Source of the DNA: Candidatus Poribacteria bacterium
Lineage (GTDB): Bacteria > Poribacteria > WGA-4E > PCPOR2b
NCBI GenBank assembly: GCA_965198175.1
Contig: OZ240245.1
Coordinates: 3,968,001 to 4,032,000 of the forward strand
Direction of reading: 5' to 3'
Length of the DNA: 64,000 bases
The notes under the pieces are model-generated. The model ran no database searches. It saw only the letters and a program-made list of their open reading frames with translations, and had not been told where the DNA came from. Below, piece after piece: positions 30,544 to 39,683 of this stretch. The position numbers were made by a program, and so were the translations under genes. The stretch's first letter is position 1, and every line of letters begins with the position of its first letter.

Positions 30544-32121
30544 ATGAAAATCCGTATTGAGAATCAAATCTTTGATGTCGACGAAGACACATTGTCGGAA
30601 TGGATAAAGATGGGGCGTATCTCCGCAGATGCATCCATTTTTTTCGACGGTCGGTGGCTGCCGATTGGCGAATTAGAAGGTTTTCACCAGCTAAGGTCGG
30701 CTGAAAATCAACCGGACACTGACAGCCTACAAGGCGAAGCATCTGAGAGGGATTCCCTTGCGGAGAAGGGATTTCTCGCCTCTCAGCGGAGTTACGCAAC
30801 GGTGACGTTGAGCCTAATTGCGGTAAATACCATCATCTACCTGTTGCTAGATGAAGTGATGAGAGGTTCAAGAAATGCACTGACCTTGATCCAGTTTGGT
30901 GCATATTCTCATCGCCTAGTCGTTTACGATGGCGAGTATTGGCGACTCATTACGCACACTTTCTTGCACGGTGGCAGTCTCCATCTTCTGCTAAACATGG
31001 GCGTGCTCTTTGTAGTTGGAAATTTGCTTGAAAGACTATATGGGGGATCACGATTCTTAGTTCTCTATCTGTTTTCGGCAATTGGCGGCAGCTTGGCGAC
31101 TTTGTATTTTGTCAGGGATGCCCCCAGTGTAGGCGCTTCGGGCGCAATCTTTGGACTAATGGGAGCTCTGGTTGCACTTGGACTGCGGTATAGAGATCGA
31201 CTCCCTCGTCGGCGAAATCGGATTTTCGGCTTGGGACTTCTCCCATTTATTGCATGTGATATCTTTCTTGGGTTTACATTTCCGCACATCAACAACGCCG
31301 CTCATCTTGGTGGTTTAGCGGTCGGATTTGCAGGGGGACTAATTTTAACACCGGCAATCTACGCCAACTCTGAACACGAACCGAAGTCAGTTCAAGCACT
31401 TGCATCGGTGTTGACGGGTATGGTCATCACGTGTAGTGCAGTTGCGGTCTGGCATTTTTTTGCGGACTCCGAGCAGACGATTGAAAGACGGATGAATACG
31501 GCGTTCCCTCCGTTGTCTGTAGAGAGTCTCCCCGATTATATCCAACGCTATGAGAAAGCGTTACGCCGAAAAGGTTATAATCCTGAAGAATACGCATTTC
31601 TCGAAGAGCTCTATTGGTGGGCGCGTGACAATTCGCCCGAAGATACTTCATGGACGGCTAAGCTCATACGATTCTACGAACAAGCGCTCCGCGCAGATCC
31701 CCATAACGCTGCGTGGAACAACAATCTGGCGTGGCTTTATGTTGAACAACAGATGATGCCACAAAAAGCCGTTGAATACGCACAAAAAGCTGTCATGCAT
31801 GACCCCAGAAAGACCGTCTTTCTGGATACCCTTGCATGGGCATACCTACGGAACACGCAGCATGACAGAGCGCTGAAAACATTCGAGCAAGTTTTCTTAA
31901 GCGCTTCAGAAACCGAGGCGGATCTGCACGCCCAAGGAAGTAGCTGGAAAGGCTTGACGGACTTAGTCCAGTCAGAAATTAAATCAGAAAAATCACAAGA
32001 ATTTAATCGAGCATTCCTGAATTTTTATAATCGTCTATCTCAGCGGCTTGGGTCAGATACGGAAGCGCGAGCGAAACTCGACGCGGTTTTCAATCTCTTC
32101 CAAACGCATCATAAAGAATAA
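30544..32121 (+). CDS. Rhomboid intramembrane serine protease with N-terminal GYF_2-like domain and C-terminal TPRs
   Basis: YWRLITHTFLH, HLLLN, GASG, AHLGG; TPR NNLAWLY...DTLAWAY. Confidence 0.9.
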   Translation: MKIRIENQIFDVDEDTLSEWIKMGRISADASIFFDGRWLPIGELEGFHQLRSAENQPDTDSLQGEASERDSLAEKGFLASQRSYATVTLSLIAVNTIIYLLLDEVMRGSRNALTLIQFGAYSHRLVVYDGEYWRLITHTFLHGGSLHLLLNMGVLFVVGNLLERLYGGSRFLVLYLFSAIGGSLATLYFVRDAPSVGASGAIFGLMGALVALGLRYRDRLPRRRNRIFGLGLLPFIACDIFLGFTFPHINNAAHLGGLAVGFAGGLILTPAIYANSEHEPKSVQALASVLTGMVITCSAVAVWHFFADSEQTIERRMNTAFPPLSVESLPDYIQRYEKALRRKGYNPEEYAFLEELYWWARDNSPEDTSWTAKLIRFYEQALRADPHNAAWNNNLAWLYVEQQMMPQKAVEYAQKAVMHDPRKTVFLDTLAWAYLRNTQHDRALKTFEQVFLSASETEADLHAQGSSWKGLTDLVQSEIKSEKSQEFNRAFLNFYNRLSQRLGSDTEARAKLDAVFNLFQTHHKE

Positions 32122-32193
32122 ACGATACAGAGAAGGGTAGTAGAAGGACCGTCGAACACCCAATCTTTACGTTTTACCCATGAGGGTGAAAAT

Positions 32194-34515
32194 ATGGCAC
32201 AGAGAACGATACGGTCAATATTCTATCTGATTTTGATTTTGCAGCTCGTTGCCGTAATCGCCCTTCCCCACGCGAATGCGCAAAGCAACGAAGATAAACC
32301 GATTTGGGAGAAATGGCGTGTATTTGTTCTCCCGGTAGCCCTGCTATTCCTTTTTGCCACGATTAACTACGCAATCGATCTCTTCAGAAAAGACAAAATC
32401 CTAAAGAAACTGCTGAAAAAGTACATCGTTTTTGAGATGAATGGAAAACGATATCGTGGAACGATGCGGCTTGAATCAAACGGAATTGAAATCATTTCCG
32501 AGGAATCCCGGCAACGTGGACATGCGCCAAGTTACATTTTCAGAGGACCGGAGAGGGAGGGGATTGTTGCATATATCCGTTATCTCGATTCGATGAACGG
32601 GCGGGAACGACTAGAACGAGATTGGGATTTCGATCGCATTTATCACCCTCGCTTAACAACGCGCCTCCAGCGAAAAATCCGAAACCTTGGTGTCGCTCTT
32701 AGGAGCTCGATTAACAAGACCGTAGAGATGATCTGGGGGCAGATTAAGAAAACGACGGCTTTCAAGCCCGTTTCTCAAGCGCCGCAAGGGGAGGGGGTCA
32801 GCCCCGCAGGTGAAATCGAGGCGATGCGAAAAGAACTGTGGGAATATGCAATGGAGGAGAGCTATGAGCGGCTCATCGAACGGCTGGTCGGCACGCGTGT
32901 CAAGGTCACAACCAGCAAGAAGGAAGATTACACCGCTGTTTTGAAAGAGTACACCGACAAACATATCTACTTAATGGATGTCAAATGTGCGGCGGTCGTG
33001 CCGCCTGCCAACGATCAAGGATATAAGCTGGGTGGAGGGTATAAGGATGAATGGGACGTCACGTTGAACATCGAGCATGGTAAGATCAATGTAAGGGACG
33101 AACGTGGGCTGCGAAGCAAGATTGAGGGCGATGACCTTGTTTTGGAAAATAATACCCCTTATGAAATACAGCTTTGGGGGCTCACGTATGAAGTGCCCGG
33201 TAAAGAAACAGACGCGCATGACTGGAAATGGGGGTATCATATTCCACCGTTCAGCGTGCAGAAAATTCATCTACAACCGCGTCCGAAGCATCATAATGTA
33301 GGTCCTTTTCAACGGGTTGTGGTTCAAGAACCGCGAACATATAGAGCCTTTAAGCTGCTCAAGCTCAAGTTCCGATCGTTTCGCGATGCGGATATCGTTT
33401 TTACGCGAGCATGCAAGATTATCGAAAGTGCTGAAAAGTATGAGCGAGAGTCACTAGATTTTGGTGGGTTGACGGCAGCCCTCCTTGCATCTCAAGAGGT
33501 AGAAGACGTCGCGATCACGGATGAGTCCGGCGAATCCATCCACGGCTTAAATGTCATTCGCGGCTATATAACGAACATCAACGAAGATCGAATCGACGTT
33601 AAAGAAATTGATTACTGCTACGACAAGCGTTGGTCCGTCGAAGGCGCGTTTGGGCGGTTCGATGAAAAGTTGAGAAAGGTGGGGCCACCTCACGTCAGAA
33701 TTTTGCCGCCCTATCGCACGCGTATGGCAGCGCAGACAATGCTGGTAGAGGAAATTGGTGAGAGCAGAGGGAATCGAGAAATTCTGTCACCCTTCCTTTT
33801 TACGCCCGTCTCCTCCCGTAGGAAACCGTATAAAAAGCCTGAGCACCCCTTAAAAGTGATGGCGTTGACAGGTAACGTCACAGAAGCGGAATTCCCCGCT
33901 CTGCAGCAGCTTGAGAATGTCAACGAACATCATATCATCTATGAACCGGTCAAAGATTTGCGAACCGCTTATATGGCAAAAGCGCATATCCTTTGGATTG
34001 GACATGGGGAAATCTATAAAGAGGGCTACCGTTTGAGTATTGATGCCGAGCATCGGATCAAAAACTTCGTCGGCAGAGGTGGAATTGCAATCGTATCCGG
34101 TCAGGATATAAGCAATATGCAGCGGCGTCGTCAAAGCGTCGGCTGGGTACCAGAGCCGCTGATTGGTGTTGAATGCGACGAAACGCAGGAATTTACGCCA
34201 ACACGCGCCGGTAAAAGGGGGAAAATCTTCCACTATCCTCACAAGATTAAGTCCGGTGAAATCAAATTGGACGATATGTGGATAGACCAACTAAACAAAT
34301 ACACTTCCCTTGCGAAAGCAAATCGTGGAGACGAAGATGCGATACTTCTCCTACCCTATCAGGCGGGATTGTATATTGTGACCAGCTTAAAAAACGAAAC
34401 TGAAACGGATGTGCAAATCAATCACGCTATTATGGCGAATCTGCTCCACTTCTCTGTGAAGTTCATTGATAAACAGAAGCATTCCCACCTGTATTATGTG
34501 GCTCAAGGCGCATAA
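32194..34515 (+). CDS. Hypothetical membrane-anchored multidomain protein
   Basis: 773-aa ORF with signal + TM, two Sm-like segments, C-terminal alpha/beta domain (IKNFVGRGGIAIVSGQ). Confidence 0.75.
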   Translation: MAQRTIRSIFYLILILQLVAVIALPHANAQSNEDKPIWEKWRVFVLPVALLFLFATINYAIDLFRKDKILKKLLKKYIVFEMNGKRYRGTMRLESNGIEIISEESRQRGHAPSYIFRGPEREGIVAYIRYLDSMNGRERLERDWDFDRIYHPRLTTRLQRKIRNLGVALRSSINKTVEMIWGQIKKTTAFKPVSQAPQGEGVSPAGEIEAMRKELWEYAMEESYERLIERLVGTRVKVTTSKKEDYTAVLKEYTDKHIYLMDVKCAAVVPPANDQGYKLGGGYKDEWDVTLNIEHGKINVRDERGLRSKIEGDDLVLENNTPYEIQLWGLTYEVPGKETDAHDWKWGYHIPPFSVQKIHLQPRPKHHNVGPFQRVVVQEPRTYRAFKLLKLKFRSFRDADIVFTRACKIIESAEKYERESLDFGGLTAALLASQEVEDVAITDESGESIHGLNVIRGYITNINEDRIDVKEIDYCYDKRWSVEGAFGRFDEKLRKVGPPHVRILPPYRTRMAAQTMLVEEIGESRGNREILSPFLFTPVSSRRKPYKKPEHPLKVMALTGNVTEAEFPALQQLENVNEHHIIYEPVKDLRTAYMAKAHILWIGHGEIYKEGYRLSIDAEHRIKNFVGRGGIAIVSGQDISNMQRRRQSVGWVPEPLIGVECDETQEFTPTRAGKRGKIFHYPHKIKSGEIKLDDMWIDQLNKYTSLAKANRGDEDAILLLPYQAGLYIVTSLKNETETDVQINHAIMANLLHFSVKFIDKQKHSHLYYVAQGA

Positions 34516-34547
34516 ACCGTAATATAAACTTATGTCCTTTCGAACTC

Positions 34548-37500
34548 CTACTGATATTGCTCTGCTTTCAATGTCCTCAAAATCCTCTCAAGCTCTTTGA
34601 ATTCCTGAGCGGCTTCCGTGACCTTTCCCTCGCCGGTCAACTTCAGATATTGATCGTATTTTTCAACCGCTAACCGATGTAGCTCCGCCAACGTTGGCAG
34701 TGTCCCCGCTGTTCCCTCCGCTGTCTCGGTCGCGGACTCAATGCCAATGCCAATACCAAAGATTTTCTGTAGGGCTTTGTCAAACCTGTCCGCGTACGCC
34801 ATCTGATCGCCGGCTCTTACAACAACCGTCTTTAATTGGGCACGATTGCTGTTCTTGGGCTTTAGGTAGATGGGCTCCACATAAAATAGGGTATCTTCCA
34901 CAGGAATCACAAGCAAATTGCCGCGAATCACCTGAGCCCCTTTTGCGTCCGATTGCCTGAACCAAACCTCACTTGCCAGCTCATTTTCAATGTCTTCCTC
35001 GACCTGCCTAGGTCCAATGACAGTCGCCTCCGTCGGCAGCCGATAGATTACCAATTGACCGTATCCTTCCCCATCACTGCGTGCGACAAGCCATGCGTTC
35101 ATGAGCTTGACCCGTTTCGGTGGAGTAAATGGAACCATGTTCACGAACTCCGGTTTCTTTTCGCCCGGCAACTTAAAAGTTGCGTAGTAAGGCACCATTC
35201 GCTGCTTTTCCGTGTAGTATGTTTCGTCGGGGATATTCCACCGGTCAGAACCGTGGAAGAATGTATGGGCATCCTCTACATGATAGTCCGTATACATTTC
35301 CGCTTGGGTGCGGGTAAGATAATCGGGGTATCGAAGGTGGTTCTGCAATCCTGCCGGAATTTGATCTTTCTGTTGGAAGAGGTTCGGAAAGGCACTCTGA
35401 TAGGCAGCCGTAACGGGTTCTTCAGCCTTGGTGAGGTAAAAATTGACTTCACCGCTGTACGCATTGACAACCGCAACAGCGGGGTTGCGAATATAGTTAA
35501 ACCGGTCAAAGGTGGGTTCAGAGTAAAGCGGCGGATTTTCAACCAGCTTGGTCCTATCAACATAGACCTTCGCGTTCGGGTAATTCCGACTCGTGACGTA
35601 AATATCGACCATCCACCAGAGTTGCCCGTCGTCGCCAATCACGATGTAGGGGTCTGGGTCATATTTCAGAAATGGTGCGATGTGTGAGAGGCGATCTGTT
35701 ATCGTTCTAGCGGAGATAGGGTCATGGGTTCCAATTTTTCTCCAAAAAAGAATCCTGCTTTCAGGGGTAAGATCCTTGGAGAGCATTATACGCCAGAAGT
35801 CGAAACGCGTTGCAAAGCAGAGCCGCCTGAACCAACCGCCAATTTCGACGCCACTCTCTCCGTTGTATCCCTCGCCTTCTGGATCTATCTCCTTCTGCTT
35901 GTATATCATGAGGTCACCCGCCTCCTTGCTGGCAATATATCCCCGTTCATTGTCCTTATCTATTATCAGCCACTGGCTGCCCTCTACCGTTATCGAAATC
36001 GTAACCTTCTCAGACAGCGTCGTTTTCTGCGCTTCAAACTCTTGTCGTAAGTCGTCGGAGAGAACCCCTTTGTCTAAGTCAACCAAGAACTTTAACTCGA
36101 TTTGTGAGCTCAATTCGATGCTAAATCGTAACCACTTCTCCCGCTTGAAGTTAAACAGTGACCACCGCTCCTGCTCATAAATCCTTAGCTCCCCCTCCTC
36201 TTTACTAACAACGTACTCCTGTTCATCAGCCTTATCAGTTATCAACCACTTGTGACCTTTCGTCTTAATCGAAATCGTGACATTTTCAGACAGCGGCATT
36301 TCATACGCTTCAAACTCTTGTCGCAAATTTTGTGAGAGATTGCCGTTGTTGAGAGCCGTTAGGATTTCCGACTCAATCCCAAACAGCAACTGTTTCTTTG
36401 TATTGACGATGATATAATCGTTCGTCATCTCGCCAAAGTAGATTTGAGGTTTTGTTACGCGGAGTTGCGTCCCAAGTTTGTCAGGGGAGTCCATTGGAAT
36501 CCCATGTATCCAGAAGTTAGGATCGCCACCCTCTGTTTTGAATTCATTCACCGGAACAACACAAACTCCGTAGCCGTGGGTATAGACCATCTTCCGACTC
36601 CCCCAGTATTGCGCCTCAGGTAATTCCTTCGGATCTATGTCTATCTCCCTCGCGGCAATCAATACTTGCCGGTACTTTCCGTCTACCCAGTACCGATCGA
36701 CATCTGTGTAGGGATGGAACTCGTAATACGGTTTGATGGTCTGTTTGTCTCTCAGCACTTCGTAAAGGACGCGCCGATCCCACAACTGGATATTCTCTCT
36801 GATTTCAGGGTTGCGATGAATCATCTCCACCGTTGCGGCACCTTGAATGTGGTCGCTCTCAACAATTTGATCCAGCCTAAATGCCCGGCGGGTCAATTCA
36901 ATATGACTTTTAAGGAAGGGTACCTCAGCGGACGCTCGATTCGGACGAACTTCTGTCCAATGAATAAAAATCGGGTAGGCTTGAATCAATACAAGATAGC
37001 TCACCCCCCAAATCGCAAGGGCAGAATACCAGACCACCCGTTTTCGCCAAAACATGTTAATTAAGACAAGAACACCAATCCCGAGGATGCAGACCATAAA
37101 AATTTGAGTCGCGCCAATCAGCGCCTCGTCGACGTAGCCCATCCCATCAACCCGACCGAGGCCCCAAGGTGTCCGAGCGGTGTATAGGACATTCCAGATG
37201 TTAATCTGGCTCCGGCACAAGGAGACGCCGAGTAGCATGAGCCATAGCAGCGAAGCGTGAAGGACAAAATGACGTTCAACACGAACCGTTCTCCGCACAT
37301 CCCGACGGCGGTAGAAATGATACAAGACTCCCACAATCACTATCGTCGCCCATAGCACGACTTTCAGCCATAGACTGACCCAGCGATAGATTGGAAAGGT
37401 AAACAGATAAAAACCGAGTTCTTTTTGGAGCGCTTGATGGGAGATGAAGGAGATTACGTCTGTCAACCCACGATTTTCGTAACGGATGAAATCGTCCCAC

Positions 37501-37958
37501 AGAAACATCATCGGTATCGCCAGAAGACTTGCGACCAAAACAATCGAGATCAGCATGCCGCGGTAGAATCGCGTTGTCTGTTCGCGAGGCCATCGCGTGC
37601 CGTCACTCACAACGGGACAGAGCCGAGCCCCGATGAAGATATTCAGTCCCATAAACCCAATCGCTGCGCCAGCGAATTTGGCAAAGAGTCCCCATCGCGT
37701 TTTCAGGACGCCCCAAAAGATATTGGCATAGCCGACACTCTCAAACCAGAGGTGTTCCGTGTACAGGTATGCCAGCGCGGGCAAAAGCAGCACAGCCATC
37801 AGCAACAGACCCACAACCCAGACCCCGTAGGTTTTCATCCGCAGCCCAGGATTCCGTGTCCGCTTGCCTCGCCGATACATAAACATGCCAGCGATCAGCG
37901 TGCTGACGCCAATGACCAATCCAATCAAAATTTGAGTAATAGCAAGGTCAGCTTTCAT
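34548..37958 (-). CDS. UPF0182 family membrane protein carrying an internal two-copy insertion
   Basis: LWFESVGY, NIQLWD, DVDRY, YTHGYG, IYFGE, APFLKYDPDPY, NYIRN, HLRYP, VIRGNLLVIP, YVEPIYL. Confidence 0.92.
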   Translation of the reverse strand: MKADLAITQILIGLVIGVSTLIAGMFMYRRGKRTRNPGLRMKTYGVWVVGLLLMAVLLLPALAYLYTEHLWFESVGYANIFWGVLKTRWGLFAKFAGAAIGFMGLNIFIGARLCPVVSDGTRWPREQTTRFYRGMLISIVLVASLLAIPMMFLWDDFIRYENRGLTDVISFISHQALQKELGFYLFTFPIYRWVSLWLKVVLWATIVIVGVLYHFYRRRDVRRTVRVERHFVLHASLLWLMLLGVSLCRSQINIWNVLYTARTPWGLGRVDGMGYVDEALIGATQIFMVCILGIGVLVLINMFWRKRVVWYSALAIWGVSYLVLIQAYPIFIHWTEVRPNRASAEVPFLKSHIELTRRAFRLDQIVESDHIQGAATVEMIHRNPEIRENIQLWDRRVLYEVLRDKQTIKPYYEFHPYTDVDRYWVDGKYRQVLIAAREIDIDPKELPEAQYWGSRKMVYTHGYGVCVVPVNEFKTEGGDPNFWIHGIPMDSPDKLGTQLRVTKPQIYFGEMTNDYIIVNTKKQLLFGIESEILTALNNGNLSQNLRQEFEAYEMPLSENVTISIKTKGHKWLITDKADEQEYVVSKEEGELRIYEQERWSLFNFKREKWLRFSIELSSQIELKFLVDLDKGVLSDDLRQEFEAQKTTLSEKVTISITVEGSQWLIIDKDNERGYIASKEAGDLMIYKQKEIDPEGEGYNGESGVEIGGWFRRLCFATRFDFWRIMLSKDLTPESRILFWRKIGTHDPISARTITDRLSHIAPFLKYDPDPYIVIGDDGQLWWMVDIYVTSRNYPNAKVYVDRTKLVENPPLYSEPTFDRFNYIRNPAVAVVNAYSGEVNFYLTKAEEPVTAAYQSAFPNLFQQKDQIPAGLQNHLRYPDYLTRTQAEMYTDYHVEDAHTFFHGSDRWNIPDETYYTEKQRMVPYYATFKLPGEKKPEFVNMVPFTPPKRVKLMNAWLVARSDGEGYGQLVIYRLPTEATVIGPRQVEEDIENELASEVWFRQSDAKGAQVIRGNLLVIPVEDTLFYVEPIYLKPKNSNRAQLKTVVVRAGDQMAYADRFDKALQKIFGIGIGIESATETAEGTAGTLPTLAELHRLAVEKYDQYLKLTGEGKVTEAAQEFKELERILRTLKAEQYQ
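35898..36395 (-). repeat. Two diverged in-frame copies of a ~75-aa module
   Basis: LFGIE..LNNGNLSQNLRQEFEAYEMPLSENVTISI..GHKWLITDKADEQEYVVSKEEGELRIY vs RFSIE..LDKGVLSDDLRQEFEAQKTTLSEKVTISI..GSQWLIIDKDNERGYIASKEAGDLMIY. Confidence 0.9.
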
Positions 37959-37984
37959 CGTTTTTGCGATTAAAAATCAGGCGA

Positions 37985-38367
37985 TTAGCCAAGGAATATC
38001 TTTACAACCAAAGCAATCAGTGCCATATACAAGGGTGCCATCAGTCCGATAATCCAGCGAAACTGAGCGTTAAGTTGGCCGTTAACTGCGGAGATTTGAT
38101 CTCCTACTTTTTCAAATCGCCCCTCTATCTGATCGAGGTGTCTGTCCATCTGCTCGAAGCGCCCAATAATGGCTTCAGTAAAATCATCAAAGCGTTTGTC
38201 CATCTGCTCGAAGCGCCCAATAATGGCTTCAGTAAAATCATCAAAGCGTTTGTCCATTTGCTCAAACGCACCGCGTAGTAGGTTTGAACTTTCGCATTTT
38301 GATTGATGAGTTCAACGGTTGCTCTCACTAAATCTCGAAGTTCAGCAATTTCAGAATCGCCGTTCAT
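37985..38367 (-). pseudogene. Small coiled-coil protein with C-terminal TM helix, split by one frameshift near 38295
   Basis: GGGAGG RBS + ATG 38367 (MNGDSEIAELRDLVR...) shifts into frame ...LLRGAFEQMDKRF...WIIGLMAPLYMALIALVVKIFLG. Confidence 0.6.
38143..38266. repeat. 54-bp tandem repeat (2 perfect copies + partial) encoding MDKRFDDFTEAIIGRFEQ
   Basis: TGTCCATCTGCTCGAAGCGCCC... at 38143 and 38197, partial at 38251. Confidence 0.95.
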
Positions 38368-38656
38368 GCTTGCCTCCCGTTGAATCGTCCCCGCCCTCTA
38401 ACTCCACCGTGGTAAAGAGGAGGCTTTACGCTGTTATTGTTTTCTGTTTTCAGCAAGTTACGATGTATGAAATAAAATCCAATTCCGATACCAATAGCTA
38501 TAACAAGATACACAATATTCTTGAACCTAGCAACTAATTCAATAATCCACAGTATAACAAACAGCCGATTCAACAACAATTAAAAACAACCACGCCGCCA
38601 TGAGCTTCGAGCGTCGGTAGAGGGCGCGAATCCAACCATCCCCACTGCCTCCAAAC

Positions 38657-39664
38657 TCACTGCAATCGGCCTGACGACGCGAGTACGCGGTGTAAATTAC
38701 CACAACATCGCCCCATTCTCTCGCGCTCGCGAGGAGGTGAATTAGCAGTCCAAACGGTTTGATCGGATTCGGCGAATCCATCCATCTCATCAAGAATTGC
38801 GTATCTATTCTTCGTTGAGTCAGTGTCTTCACCGTCCAGCAAATACTGCTTCCACTTGTCCTTCACAAATTCATAAAAACCATCCACAGGCTTACTTCCG
38901 CATATCGGTGCAAGTTCCTGTCCGATTTTTGTGAGAAGCGTCTTTCCAATATCAAGCCTGTTATCAGCATCCTTGGGCATCTCCAAGAGCAGCGGCTTAC
39001 TATAGTAGTGCGCAATAAACCTCTTAGGCAAATTGACCTGTTGGAAATCAATAAGGGCTGTAATTTTAACAAGCCCGATATTTCAAGGTGACTCAGGGTG
39101 CGAAAGTTAATCCCGTGTCTGTTGTAAATTTCCGGCTTCTCATCGAACACCAACGGCACAAAACCTCCAATCGTCCAACCAAACCCGCAGAACTTGGTGA
39201 ACAGTTCTGCATCGCTCTTGTCGAAATCTGAAAGCAGATTAACTGTTCGCTTTGAATAGGTGCCAGGGACATTCGCTTCGCCAGCTAAAACGCGCGACCA
39301 CAGGCTCTGCATCTCACTATCAGAGACTATCCGACATTTATCGAAGAAGTTGGCGATCCAGTCATTCTCCATAGGATCTGGATTTGCCTCTATATTCAAA
39401 TGGGAAGCAGCTTTAGCGATAATATCCTCCATGTTCTTCTGGTGATGCGCATCTTCCTCAATTCGACGCTGCGCAGCTCGTTGATGCAAGTCGTTTATCT
39501 CAATCTCGGATTGTGCTTTTATCATTGCGGCTTCAGCTTCCGCCTTAGCAACTCTTTTAATCTGCCGGGGCGCAAAGGAGCCACCTAATTCCTTTCGCTA
39601 TTTTCTTGATCTAGGTATCAATAGGCTTCGATATCTCGCCCAAGTTTACAATGGAATTTGACAT
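38657..39664 (-). pseudogene. DUF2806-like protein, disrupted
   Basis: GGAGG RBS, ATG 39664, in-frame TAG at 39611-39613, frameshifts near 39585 and ~39075; motifs DWIANFF, MQSLWSRVLAGE, PGTYSKRT, LTKIGQELA. Confidence 0.75.
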
Positions 39665-39683
39665 CGTTGAATCTCCTCCTTAT

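Noticed and set aside
35898..36395. Intein in UPF0182
   Set aside because: No Cys/Ser start, no His-Asn end, no splicing blocks; it is a tandem repeat
38143..38266. CRISPR array
   Set aside because: Head-to-tail 54-bp coding repeats with no spacers and no cas genes
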